Origin: Glycera tridactyla
Lineage: Eukaryota
NCBI GenBank assembly: GCA_965644265.1
Contig: OZ286463.1
Coordinates: forward strand, 78,492,001 to 78,556,000
Direction of reading: 5' to 3'
DNA: 64,000 nucleotides
The translations under genes and the position numbers were made by a program. The notes under the pieces were generated by a model that was given only the letters and a program-made list of their open reading frames with translations, searched no databases and was not told where the DNA came from. Below, piece after piece: positions 35,511 through 49,800 of the stretch. The number at the start of each line of letters is the position of its first letter. The first letter of the stretch is position 1.

Positions 35511-37029
35511 TTTCTCGAAGAGAATGTTCATCCCACCCGTCCTTCATTTAACGGTCATGGAGCTCTTCAAGATAATTGTTTATCTCATGAGCATGGCCTC
35601 CGAAGGAGCTGGGCTGGATTAAATTGCGTGCAGTGGGGATAGTTGTCAGCCCCAGTGCTGGAATATACGTGCATTTTATATGTCTGGATGTTTGCAAGGA
35701 AGGCAGGTATACTGATCAGAGAGAAGCTGGACTTCTGGTGGATGATCGGAGAGACATGGAGGATCATCGTAGTTCTACTTCTCACCCGCGTTGCTCGCCA
35801 TGGGAATATTCGCGATAAGATCGATGACGTAATGGGATAAATGAAATAGTCAACAACATAAGACCATTGTGTCAATTACATAAAGCTTCATAATGCGTAT
35901 ATTTGCTGATCCTCCCGAGTATTCATTGTGGCAACCCGGTGATGAACACTACTCCACATATTTGCATAAAGCGTTGGATGTATACCATGTGTGCCTTAGG
36001 CCAACACCAACCCTCTACACAGCAGATATACCGATGTTGTGTTTAGACCTTACCATGTCCTTTCAAAAAGCAACATTCATTAATGGTCTTGTCCACTGCT
36101 CATCTATCCATCCCTTATCAAATGTAGCATCTGTGTCAGTACGTTACTTATAAGCTCAATCTCAAAATAGCTGTCTGTCTGTGTCTGACTATCTGTCTGG
36201 TCGGATGAATAGCTAATCGGCTCACTTGGTAGTTGAACGTATGACACTCCACCTAGCTGCCAGATAGACGGGAGGTTGGCCAGGTAGATGGGTGTTGGCC
36301 AAATAGATGGATTAGGTGGATAGACGAATGAANNNNNNNNNNNNNNNNNNNNNNNNNNNNNNNNNNNNNNNNNNNNNNNNNNNNNNNNNNNNNNNNNNNN
36401 NNNNNNNNNNNNNNNNNNNNNNNNNNNNNNNNNNNNNNNNNNNNNNNNNNNNNNNNNNNNNNNNNNNNNNNNNNNNNNNNNNNNNNNNNNNNNNNNNNGG
36501 AAATAGGTTTGGATGGATGGACGAGTGGTAGGGTGGATTGATAGACGAACGGACGGGCGGGCGGACGGATGGATGAGCCATTAGTTTTCTACCCTCGAAC
36601 AGAATAAGGATTATAGGCCAGCTGTGACAAGGATGGCGCGAAGCAGGGGTCCTGAAATGAACGTGTGGTATGAATACCTGCAGAGTATCCAGCATCATGA
36701 GATTGAAGATAAGCAGATCCGGCAGAATGCAAGTATGTCCAGGGCATTGCTACCAGAAATCTAGGGTAGTGCCTGAGTCACGAAGCTGTGTGGAGCTCCA
36801 TCCTACGGAGAACACTTCCACAACCTGCAACCCCGATACCTGGACTGACTTAAGTCTCAAGTTGAAATTGATTGATGCTTGGGTACATATCTTCATAAGA
36901 TATAGTCACAGCTCACAAGTTGTGGCTGGAGGACGCAGCACAATCAGACAATAGTCCCTACATATTTGCATAATTGGAGGCTTGTGAGATCACATGACAG
37001 GACAACCAAATAGGCCATGGTTCATTCCA

Positions 37030-37605
37030 CCCTGGTCCTCCGGTGATTGATTATTGTGACAAAGCATACGACTCTATGTCTGTGAATGACTCTCATAGGC
37101 TACAAAGGCTACAAAATGCAGCCTGCAGAATAATTTTGCAAGCCGATCCTTTGTGAAGCATCACTGAGATGCATCCAGAATTAAGCCTAGATTATTCGAA
37201 AATGAGACGTCACGAACATTTGTGCTCAATAGTTTATCAGGGAGTACACGTCCCAATTCCCCTTCCTTAAATGGTCTATATACCCGTAGGGTGCCTAGTC
37301 AAGGACCGATCACCAGCCAGCAGATAAGGAATTTCCTTGATATTCCAGCATCGCTCTACATCAAAGGAGTGTTCCTATATGACATGCAACTCATCATTCA
37401 ATATACACCTTCTAGGTCAACTCCGCGTATATCCTGGTGCTTAATCAGAGATAACCGGATATAACTTTACTCCTTTTTGTGATATTGTTTTCTACTGAAG
37501 TACGATTGTCATGATTCATCTATGACAGGGAGATGAGTTTGTAATTCATCTCAAACAGCAAATATTTTTGAAGCCTTTTGAAGCCTTTGAAGCCTTAAGC
37601 CTCCA
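37030..37605 (+). mobile_element. Degenerate 5'-truncated L2/CR1-group LINE 3' fragment
   Basis: Translates to IDYCDKAYDSMSVNDSHRLQRLQNAACRIILQADP*, aligning with FDYCDIVYDSLGVADSTKLQRVQNKALRIILKCEP of the intact ORF2. Ends in a GAGATGA...TCATCTC hairpin and a (TTTGAAGCC)n tail. Confidence 0.8.
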
Positions 37606-37983
37606 CAAGTCATGCGTTCATTATTAATGGCTTCAATTATGGTGCCTAAAATGTGGTTCTGCAGTTTTCTGGTTAGGTGATTTTGTAGACATTATACGCA
37701 TAGAAACTTCCGAGCCGAAACCATGACCAGCATCTCTTTCCAACGCATTTCGTAAAATGAGTTTAATTCACGAATTGATATAAAGATGTAGGCTTTCGTT
37801 GGAAGTAGACAGAATGATGTCAATTTGCGCAATGTGCGATTGTCTGTGGTTGGTGGGTGGTCAGATTGTTGAGTGAAAGAGTGTTTTAGTGCATGAGTGG
37901 ACAGATGAGTGAGTGGACGGGTGGGTTCTTGGTATGTGTCAGTATGAGTGAGCGAGTGGGTGAGAGATAGAGAGGGGGAGAGG

Positions 37984-38026
<43 letters not shown>

Positions 38027-38789
38027 TGAGAGGGACAGGGAAAAAAGCACGGAGATTGACCGGCATGACTAAACACTATTGCCCACGTTGGCTACCACAC
38101 ATAAGTATTCTGGGTCACATCGTAACTTTCACCAGTTCACCCACTTCTCGGAATTGTACACCTGAAAGTATTTTTCATCTAATACTGATGAGACATTTTC
38201 AGAGCGTTCTTCATGGTATTCACAGAGTATCATTTCTTCTGTGATCTTTTTCCTGCGGATATCGCCGTGTTTTTCTTAGGGAGCTGTGGTTTGTGCTCAG
38301 ATTCTCTTCTCGGTTTCCATCGAAAGTATGTTGTTAGGAGGCGTATCTGGAGCCGAGAGTAAACACAAACATTAGCTCGTCGTCTCTGTAAGACGAGAGT
38401 ATGTGTGCTTGCATAATCCCTCATTATACATTACACAGACGCGTCTCTCTCCTCCCAAATCCTCTTTCACACGTTCGTGTTGGCCAAGGATCGACTCAAA
38501 AACAGGCCATGAAAAAAGGGCACGCTCCTTATTGTCGTCGATTATTTAATCAAGTGTGTGAAAACATTCGCGCCAGAAACCTGTCTGCCTGTGGCTAGAA
38601 TATGTAGGGTATCAGGAGGTGAATTGACATATGCATGGGGTCCTTTCATCAGTTGACCCAGAAAGTGTATATTGAAGGATGAGTTGCATTCAGGTCACAT
38701 GGGAACACTCGTTTGATGTGGAGTGATGGGATATACTGGGCGAGATATCACTGAATTGTTGATATTCTCAGTATGGATGTATGGGTGAA

Positions 38790-39216
38790 TGCATGAATGA
38801 CAGATAGACGGATGGACGAACGAACAGACTTATGGACGGACAAATTGANNNNNNNNNNNNNNNNNNNNNNNNNNNNNNNNNNNNNNNNNNNNNNNNNNNN
38901 NNNNNNNNNNNNNNNNNNNNNNNNNNNNNNNNNNNNNNNNNNNNNNNNNNNNNNNNNNNNNNNNNNNNNNNNNNNNNNTACGGTCAGACAGACTGACTGG
39001 AGGACGGACGGACAGAAGGATTTACAGATGGAGGGANNNNNNNNNNNNNNNNNNNNNNNNNNNNNNNNNNNNNNNNNNNNNNNNNNNNNNNNNNNNNNNN
39101 NNNNNNNNNNNNNNNNNNNNNNNNNNNNNNNNNNNNNNNNNNNNNNNNNNNNNNNNNNNNNNNNNNNNNNNNNNGGATGGATGAATCAACAAACAGGTGT
39201 ATGGATAGACGGACGG

Positions 39217-39247
<31 letters not shown>

Positions 39248-39380
39248 AATTGATGGATGAATTGATGGATGGATTGACCGACGGATAGATGGATGGATTG
39301 ACCGACGGATGGATGGATGGATTGACTGACGGATGGATGGATGGATTGACCGACGGATTGGCGGGGGGGCGGATAGATGA
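38790..39380. repeat. (GGAT/GGAC)n array with two N-gaps
   Basis: Direct reading. Confidence 0.9.
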
Positions 39381-40381
39381 ATCATTCAGGAATCATTTCA
39401 TGCCCTGTTGGAGACTCGGGAGTCTTGAATGACCCATTCATTTTCATTGTGCACACCTGTATCTCAATATATCTCAGCCGATGCATGGTAGACGTCAAAA
39501 CACCTATCGATCGATCAATCAATTAACCAATGTCTAACGGAAGTCGGAGGCATTCAAGTAATAATTTCTGGTCGGCCACTGGATTACAACCTCTTCTCGT
39601 GTTTCCCTTTCGTTAGTTCTACATAGAAGAAACATCTCTATTCTTAGCACTGTTGTTTGTATAACTCAGCCACAGATTATGGGCTAAACATTGAAGCTAC
39701 AGTCTTTATATATAGCGGTAGATGAGGCTTCGGCGTGATGGATGATGTTGGATGACCTTCACACATCCATTCCATTATTGCCCAGGTCAAGGACGATATA
39801 TTCTACCGATCGTCCACGGTCAGAATGAACCATGTACTGCTCAATAACATGCACGCATCTTAATCAGTGGCATTGGCGAGCAGGGCTCCAACATGGATTG
39901 GTGACCAGAATGGACAAGGCTTACCATCCAGTGCCGGTCCTGGAGTATCACGCAGGTTTATAGGATCTGGGTGGGGTTTTCTGACTAACCTGATTGATTT
40001 TGGGGACAAAATTAGTTTTTCGGAAATGGATTTTTCCCATAAAGAAAATTGTGGCTGTACCTAACCAAATCAAACTTGACACCTATGTACATGACGTGAT
40101 TCTTTGAACAGTGCCAGTCATGGATGGGGTCTTCCGACAAGCTCGATTGATCGGACAACAATAAATTTTCAGTGATAAACTTTACCACATCCGACCTTAT
40201 GCATACTTGTGTATTGGGTCTGTCCCCTGCACACAATCCAATCAGGCACGGTATCTATCCATCATTGAAACGACACAGTTTTGATTGTGTACATTCTTAT
40301 TATAGACACCTTCCTTGAAGTGGCGTGATGTGTAGATTCACCAAGGCGAGGTCCGCCTTCGGTGAAGGCTATGTTTCAAGG

Positions 40382-40428
<47 letters not shown>

Positions 40429-41270
40429 GCGCGCGCGCATACATACGATTGATCATTCCATAGAAGCATGGACAGAGAAAATGTGAATCGAGAAGGTACG
40501 TGCTTCATGTTTTCGATTACAGGAGTAGTTTTGTCCCAATATACGATGACAATGGCTTAGACGGTTATCGATGGCTGCAGTTCCTGAGATATACATAGCA
40601 GGGATGGTCCACTCTCACTTGTGGCATAATATGTGAGAGTGAATGCCACACAACAAACACTCAGCCTCCAAAAGGATGTCGGCGGGATGTCTATGGATGG
40701 TCCTAACGACGACATGATGTTTGCTGGGTATGAGTTTGCTGATAGCGCCTGGTTACCAATCTAAATTTACTTGTGCGAGCAAACACGGGGGCTGTTGGAT
40801 TGTTGGCCGCCGACAAACACATGCTCTGATTATATCCACATAGCAGCAAGTTACCAGCCCCCATATTTAGACACCCGAGAACCTCATAAACCAACACCCT
40901 GTCGATTTCAGATAGCACCAGCAAGCTATTATCGTCCAACAGAGTATGGGTGCTGATGAGCAATTCTTGGCGCTGTGTTTGTTCGATTCTACTGAATCAA
41001 ATCGAGGAAAACACTGCATGTTTATTATTCATGCGTGTCTGCATCCACATTTTATCGTATTTTATGTCGAATGGAAGACCGACTGAATTCTTTCTGTGCT
41101 AGAAACAACGGATATCACGCCGCGAATGACTGCCATGAAGGATCATCCGGGGTCTCTCGAAATGTCTCCGAGAATGTGTTCCCCTTAGAGCACAGTTTGT
41201 TGATCCTATATTGCGATAGGAATTCCAATGAAGTTCTTCTATAGTCAGATCGCAATCAATTGGATTTTTG

Positions 41271-41485
41271 GATTGATTGATTAGTTGATGTTCAACGGCA
41301 TGTATAAACCCAAAAGAGTATGTATGCCGTATGTTCCTGGTCAATGAAAGCTAGATGTTCTGTCCCCTGCAGGCATCATTCACACAGGCCCTGAATACAA
41401 GAGGATGGGGAACCTGGAAGGTTGTTGAGTGGAAGTAGCTGACACTTCGGACACACCTCTACCTACCCAACATGAACAAACATAA
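41271..41485 (+). repeat. Dispersed repeat family A copy
   Basis: (GATT)n-TTCAACGGCATGTATAAACC...CCCCTGCAGGCATC...GGTTGTTGAGTGGAAGTAGCTGAC. Confidence 0.85.
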
Positions 41486-42205
41486 TCTAATGGTGCGGCC
41501 AATCGGAGACGCCATGGAGCTTCCCGGTGCATTCATTGCAGTCCTGTCTGGGGATAGCGCCAACCTGCCGGAGTATAACACTGATCTCTGCACATGCAAT
41601 TCTTCTAAACTCCACGGAGAACAAAAGCACCTATATCATTTCTTTTTTTTCATTTCACTAGTATCAAAAAAACCCTAATTTCCTATCAGTTGAAAAGCTT
41701 GAGTTCACTGGCATATATCAACTCAACGAATTATTGATGTCGTGGGTCCCAGATTCATGGGGGCTAAACACATTATGATGTGCAATCTGAAAAGGTGTCA
41801 GATGTAAGTAGCAGAAATTTCAGATTCACTTCTACCTTCATCAAATTCATCGATATATTTGAGATGGTATTCCTATCCATGTAAGTGGCTCAGGGTTCCT
41901 CATATTATATAATTAATGATGAATTAGATCTGTGTGAGTGGGATAAATTTATGATATACTCTCCACGCTTCATGAGGTTGAAAGGAGACATCAATGAGTC
42001 TAAACAATTTTGAAACCAAGTTAATAAACACAACACAAATATCTGAGACGGCTTACATCGTCATGTAATCAAAATTTTATTTTGTATCGAGCACCACATG
42101 TATCACATGGATGAATTGAAGATCGTACACACAGTCAGGTTCTCTTTAGCAAAAAAAGTCCTACTAGTCTCGCTAGAGATATGATGCGGGATAACAAACG
42201 ACCGA

Positions 42206-42241
42206 CATACAATTACCCGGGTGCATACAATTACCCGGGTG
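42206..42241. repeat. Exact 18-bp tandem duplication (CATACAATTACCCGGGTG)x2
   Basis: Direct reading. Confidence 0.95.
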
Positions 42242-42364
42242 CACGATTCACCAGAGAAACATCATAGCTCTTGCCTGAAGACTTCGATGAACTATCCATG
42301 GCTCCTTATCTGAAATGAAACCTCGTTTGTCTGTGATGCGGCCCATATTGAGTAGTCTGTGTCT

Positions 42365-42720
42365 AGTTGAGGTTCAATGGCATGTATCAACCCTATGGTT
42401 ATGTATGTCGCGTTTTCCTGGTCAATGATAGCTTGATTTTATCTCCCCTGCTGGCATCTCTCTCAGAAACCCTGAACACAAAATGATCAAACCTGAAAGG
42501 TTGTCACATGGAAGTAGCTTACAGTTCAGACACACCTTACCTTCTCATCGTGAACAAACTGAATCTGATGTATATCTAAGTATGTAACTGGCTGAAATCC
42601 TGATGGCAATGCTCTCCTTTTTCAGCAATGCACAGCATCATATTCGGAGAATACTCAACCAATGTGTTTAGTTACAAAATGTCAACTTCAAGCCAGCTTT
42701 TAGTAGTCTGTGATTCACTC
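42365..42720 (+). repeat. Dispersed repeat family A copy
   Basis: TTCAATGGCATGTATCAACC...CCCCTGCTGGCATC...AAACCCTGAACACAA...GGAAGTAGCT...CAACTTCAAGCCAGCTTT. Confidence 0.85.
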
Positions 42721-45700
42721 ATAGTCATTGCATGTGCGCTTTCAGTGATGTTGAATCAAATGCATTATTGCATCCATCAACAACAGACCTAATATGGCAG
42801 TATCTGGCTCCATCCAAAGTGTCCTTCCGAGCACTGCCATGTATTCAGTCGTACTCGCATACATATTTGTTTCAGAAACAATACAGAAAAATAGTACTGA
42901 AGTCTTATTAATGTATGCACTCGGATACATATAAAGGTGTTCGAAAAATGGTTGTAACAGTCATTTTTCTGCTGTATCCCGATCGATGTGGACTCACGCC
43001 ACCAATCACGAGCTGAAGAACAGTACTGATCACATGTTTTCACCTTGAAATTAATCTCACAACTGGTGCCTGACCTGCCTCCCAAGTATTGGATCTATCC
43101 ACTTATTCTAGGTATAAGCCAGTCGTCTCCGTAGTCGGTGACTTCCTCATCGTTGCACCTTCTAGTTGGAGGGGTCTTGAATGATCCCATGGATTGCCAT
43201 CACATTGGCCACAGTATGACACACATGGTACCGGCATGACGCGGAAGCAACCAACCACTCAGCCAACCAACCGTCACTATATCTATCATGTAAAGATAAT
43301 GCATCGGGAGGGGGTGATCATGATACATTCAATCGAAGCAATGTGGGCGAATAATCTTACCTGAAGTCATTTTCCAATCTTGTTGCGTATCCCTTGGAGA
43401 TCACGACTAGCCGAGACCTAAATGATGCAGTATTCTGCAATGGCTTACCATACGCAGGAGGTCTCCCAGAGGGGAGCTTCTGGGCTCCCACGTTTTATAT
43501 ATGCCTCATTAGAGAGAATCTTCCCCTCTATTTCGCTATCGCAGATGTTGGCTGATTCAAATGAGAGGTTTCTGAACAAGTTCAACTGCTACCTCGTAAT
43601 TGAGTTTTACCAGTTTGGCAGCATGGTTATCTTTCCATAGATGTAACTTACGATCCGATGTCTATACCTAGCCTAAATTCTCACCTTACAAATTTGCTTC
43701 CACAAACAGGAGGGTCGAAACAATTCCGCCTCACTTCTCCCAGTCACGAGACAATGCTGTAAATATGATGAAACATTCGGCCGTGCATGTAGTTCGAATG
43801 TTGGGACTGTTGAATTCCTCAAAAGCAGCGTAAACAGTCGAAAGCTACAACCTGGATATAACAATAGATATGATCTGATTGCTTTGCATGCGGATACCCT
43901 TCCTCAGTCAAACGTTTATTGCTCGACTGTAGGAAACTATCACAAAAAAAGAGTGAAGTATTACAATGTATTACAACTTTCATGGATTTCGACCCAGCGG
44001 ACATATTTGATCATTTGCATGAATTGGGAGTATTTAGACAAATATTAATCCATGCATGCTAACCTACTGCATGCTGACTGGGGTATGAAGGCCGGTCAGG
44101 TATATAGTAGTCTGATATTGTATGCACTTGAGAGAACCACTACTGTCTTTCGCAAGGAGTTGGGACGACCCGGGCATCGGTGCCTCTTTTTTCCACATTT
44201 TCAGTTTTTAAGACCGATGTAACCCAATGTGGTTGAAAGGACGCTAAACCCAAATAAACAGACATAATCTATATGGGATATAAAACATTAGTAGGATCGC
44301 GTGTGGAGGTGGCCGAGTCAGTGGGCAGGCTGTCGTTGAGTGATGCCAGCGGGTAGTTCAATGTAATTGCCATCATTCGTCACAAGACATGGCTGATTTA
44401 CACGAGAAGCCCTCCCTGACAGCTAGAGACGACCTACGAGGTACGTCGATTCGAACATCTGGGAACAATTCGCTCTGATGAATATACACTTTAACATTGG
44501 TGAGGTGGTAGGCTCACGGCCGTTTTCAATTAGGTCTGCGGCAACTTCAAGTCGCATGGAGTCGTTCCCGATGATTTTAAAGGTACAAGCACTAATCTAG
44601 TTTCACCCAATAATGGTTCCACTCAGGTTCGAAACCTTTACATATACGGTACCTCAATCTTTATGGGAAGATATGGAGAGAGAGAGAGGGGGAGAGAGAG
44701 AGAGGAGAGAGAGAAAGGGGGAAGGGGGTGACAGGGCTTGATGTGTATGTATCAAGCCTGTATCAAGCAACCACGATCGCCCTTGGGAAGCCAAAATTGG
44801 TTGCTTGACACAGATTACTCGGTACAATTATAGTCTGAATTATTTTAGCGGAAAATCAGAAAGTCGCTGCTCAGGACTGGTTGGTATTCAATTCAGACAG
44901 GACGCTAATGCTAACTCAGGTGGTTGACTAGGCTTAGTCTGAGCAAATTTCGGAGCATTGTCTGTCATTTCTCGGGAGGTTGTCCATCACAACCAAAATC
45001 CAAGTCACGAAATTGGATCTAGTAGGATGATTCTCCAAGTGTAATTATTTATTGCCTACTTTTAATTGGAAAGCACCAATATCGATTTTTCATCAAACAA
45101 TAATTTGATCAATTGAAAAGATACATACCCGAGGTGTGGAGTCGATAGTCACAAGTGGCATGACAGGCCTTGAAGCCAATTTTCACATTGACAACCATGG
45201 TGAAAGAGCGGCTGATTCCAGTTCAGTGACTAACTTTGGGGATCCTTCTGATTATGATATATCCTTACACATATTTGAGGAAACCCAAATGTGTAGTTGG
45301 TCATACGTAATATGATTGTATGTGTGACTTTACTGGGAATTACCACCTCCGGCTCCTCTTTCACGGACAGAGTTAGACTCGCCTACGGAGGCCACTCATC
45401 TGCTTTGGAAAAGCTTCATGTCTTGAAGCAATCATATTTTCGATGAGTATGAATACAATTCTCAAATAAAATCAAAACTTTGTTTGTTCATATTCAAAGG
45501 TGGGCTCTCTTGACTGGTGGCCTTGGTAAAGAGGTTGGTCGCTGCACAGCCTCGAAATCTACTTTTCATGTTTTAGTCAGAAACCGCAGTTCACCGCATG
45601 TGTTTCATGAGCTTTATTGTGAACATCCTTGGATTCCTCCTACTCATTAGATCGGAAAGGACTCGAATGACATTGAATATGAACAATCACTAATCACACT

Positions 45701-46399
45701 CCACATCCACGCTGAAAATGATCATGAGGTCAAACTGGTTGGTCAGCCACCACTGCTACTATAGGGTCAAAGCATACCATCGATGTACAGGAGGGGGCCG
45801 ATGGGTGCCAGACCAGTGGTGATTTACCTATTGATTATAGCGCACAGGTGTGAAGGCTCACTGACCACAGACTGGACGTGAGTATATTTATACCCACTAC
45901 TCACAATGCCTCTGTATACTTGTGGTCAACGGATTAACTCATAATCTCCTATATATAAACTTACAAATTCGTATGATTTCAACCACAGCTCGACTGTAGA
46001 CCATATCATGATGATGCGGACCACCGAGGACCTCATTTTTGGCAGCTCAGGTTGCAGGAGCGTATAGCAGCAGCCATCCATTGCGTTATACATTACAGAT
46101 ATTGAGTGAAATAGTAGGTGGTTGTGAGATGGTGGTCAGTGGATCAGTATGTACTCTAAAGATTACGTATCCCTGCGTAGTGACTCAATATTAGCGAGTG
46201 CTTAACCCACCCAGTTAAGTGGTGATTACCAGTGAGAGCCTATGCAATGATCGTGTTGCACGCACCGTCATAATTCAATGTGCTGACCTAGATTCCATGT
46301 GCAATATATAACATGTGGCTCTGCCTGGATTCACTCTGTCGTGGATGAATGGTCCTCGTGAATTTAAACAGGATGCCGACGGTGCGTTCGATACTATGT

Positions 46400-46800
46400 G
46401 AATGGATTGATTAGTCTCTTGATTGATTCATTGATTCATTGATTGATTGAATGACCTGATGGCTGATTGATCGATTGGCCGGCTGACTGCTTGCCTGATT
46501 GCCTGCTCGATTGCATGACTGACTGGCTGGCTGATTGACTAACTGGCCGATTGACTGACTTACTGACTGACTGATTATTTGATTGAAGGATGGACAGACC
46601 AGAAGATGGACAGACCGACGGACCGATTGACTGAAGGACGGACGGACCAAAGTACGGACTGAAGGACTAACTGACTGACTCAATGACTTAATGACCTAAT
46701 GACTCAATGACTGACTCAATATTTGACTGACTTAATGACTCCATGACTCAATGACTGACGGACGGATGAATGGAGTCAATGTCTGATAGACTGACTGGCT
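46400..46800. repeat. (GACT/GATT/GGAC)n degenerate array
   Basis: Direct reading. Confidence 0.9.
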
Positions 46801-49800
46801 GTATGATGCACCATAAAATGACTTTTGAACAGGCGAATCGGTCGTTGCTGAGGAGGGCTGCAGGCCCGAATGAGAGAATGTATGGATTGTGAAAATACAG
46901 AACGCAAGTATTCACAACAAACCGAAGAATGTAGGAATAGATTGATGGAGCCATGTACATTGGTTGAGCGTCGATGAACCATCAAATACCGACCAATTAA
47001 CCAATGGAGGGTGGGTATGACTCACAGTGTTCGTATCTGAACATGACTTGCCAAATTGATTCTGAGAGTTTGAGAAGTTTCTTTCCAGCTTCTATTGTTT
47101 CCGTACTGTAAGATGTATCATCAATGGGGCTCATCAAACCTCATGTAATACTGATACATTCAAGCTATGTCTATGTCCTACACTCATGAATGTAAAAAGG
47201 CACATCTCCACATGAAATATTCTGGTGTAATCACACCGACTCATAGTCCGTTAGATCAATTCTCCAATCGGGGCCCATTTTTCATTCTAATTGTATCTGC
47301 AGACTTTCGTAGCGGAAATAAACAGTGTCATCAGCGATCCATGTCATACAACAGAAATTACATATGTTTACACCTTAAATATCCACTTCTCCCTAACCTT
47401 CACCTCCGCCATTATTCGGTTGATACGGATCCGATTCATTCGAACTGATTCGATTGTTGAATGATTACAGGCATCCCGAAGCGAAGGTCAGTCTACCGGG
47501 ACCTTTCCTGTGAAATTGAGGTTCCCCTGTTTATTTTCATGGAAACTAACACGCGATACAAGCATTGCCTCCGTGCATCACCTGGTTGACTTGCTTCAGT
47601 TGAAAACATCACGGAAATGTGATCATCCGTTTTCCAGCCCCGAAGCCTGCTCATTCAAGCGAGACTAGATTTGGTTCGGATGAAAAGGCGTATTTGTTGT
47701 GAGCAATTTCAGGTCATGCGTTTCTCACGTGATGTTGCGTGTCTAGCAGCGGGTTGCTGGTGTCGTCTCTATGGTGGGAGGCAGCAGCGTGGAACAGTGT
47801 TCAGTGAAGCGTGGGGGTCTGGGGGTAAGCTTGCGTGAGTGTGATGTGAACTCTTGCACTGTCGCCGTAATATGCCAGCATGTGGGATTTGACCACGTGA
47901 AAAGGACCATCAGTGGTGTTTCTATATTCAATCGATCCTAATATGCACACTTCGACGAGATCATTCGAGCGCAGAACTGAAGTGGCACGGTCAGATCCAC
48001 CAATTTTCACCTTCTGGTAGGGACTCAGGAGAAGTCTGAAATGATCCCACCGATTGCATGGAGCGTCTTAATATAGCCAAAATGTGAAACAACCAAGCAA
48101 CTATTTACTTCTATCCGACTGCTAGTGCTTCTATACGTGTGCTAGTGCACTGATTGAGAAATATATTATGGTCAATATCCATCTAAGGATAAAGGAAAGA
48201 AGAGTTTGAATTCTTCCGTACTAACATCTGTCGACTTCAATCCTGGCGGGCACGTTTTTCAATCTAGCATCGTGAATTCGCATCAGATTGAAATACAACT
48301 GACTGACAGACTTTTTGTACATTTCCGGCAACTAAGCAATGCAATCTCTGCAAGATTCCCTTGTATATTTCACATTAGAGCTTCAAATATGTCGACGCTG
48401 GTTTCGCGGCGAGTGTGACGGCCGCGTCTTTACTGTTTCACTCACAAATATCCGCCGATAATGCCGGCGGATTCACCAAAAATCAATGAAATGATGGCGT
48501 AGTCCTCCTCCAAAGCCTCCAGACTATCCCAAATCAGGTTCGGTAATCGCCGGAAGACCTATACAATACATTCATGCCTTTAAAACTCGGATCAGACGAA
48601 AAAGGCGAAATTATCGTGTAAAACGTACCTGCCACATTTGAATTTGACAGAGGTTACTCAATAGTTTTTACTCGAATACATGCTGAGGGAAATTCAATCA
48701 CTGCAACAGCGAGAGTTCTTCAAATCAGAATTATCGAGAGAGAATAAGAGGAAAAATATCAGGCGGAGTCATTGTATATGACATTGGGCATTTCTTCTAT
48801 AAGCTCAAATTTCGAGCAGCGAAAGCAAGAGCAAGTATTGAAATCAACATAAGTTGTCCGACAGTTGTCGACAATATGAGCTTCGGCCAATTACTTTGTC
48901 GACAAATAGATGACAGCATGCGGACATGGCCTTTAGCTCACTAATGCTTCTGCTGGTGACTCCACGAGGCGTATGTAGGATCAACGGATTATTCACAATT
49001 TCAAGCCAGCCAAGTTTGGACCTGATCACATGTCTGCAATTATGCAACAGATAACATTTCGGAAAAAGCATTCCCGTGATATACGTGGGTATGAGGGCAT
49101 GCGCTGGAACTGCGAGCCTACGCTCGACTTGTCAAGATCCCAGAACGCCTTGCCGGTTGAGGTCCGTGTGCATGCATGTCTTGAGTACCTGTGCGTGCAC
49201 GTGTGTTTCTGTGCGTGTGCATGCATGTGTGCATGTGTGTGTACGGAGACAGTTGCTATGCCGGTTCTGAACCATGCCACGAGATTCTGGGCCCGGGGCA
49301 CGTCGCAAGTGTTAAGCATGTGTAATCATAGGTGTCACAAGTTGTACCAGATCTCGTGCTGTAACATATCCCACTCACGTCTACCAATCATGAACTTCCT
49401 GGACCATTCCGTATTTGACTTCAGCCTGCTACCCCAATATTGGCACAGTTATAATGCTTCAATATTCGTAATAAAGTATGATATCCATGTAATGTATCGT
49501 ATGTCATATTTGGAAATCCTCTTCTGGAATCCTTGAATGATATTTGTCTTGTATATCGGATTATGGTATGAATATGGAGAAATCCAGTCAGTGCCAGATT
49601 GGAGGTGCGTCTTGCCCAGGGCAAGTACAACCAGCTGACTTCTGGTACCTTACTAATAATTAGCATGTGTGGGACATTCATCAAGCTCCGAGGACTGGAT
49701 GATTGTGTGCATCATTATAGCCTGGACAGAATGACAGTTCAAGTGTCTGTGATGTCCATACCATTTCACCTTTCGTTTCGGATTCAGGAGGAGGAGTCTT

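Noticed and set aside
43355-43500. Minus-strand CAG|GTAAGA donor with a ~45-codon open frame
   Set aside because: Weak acceptor and no homology.
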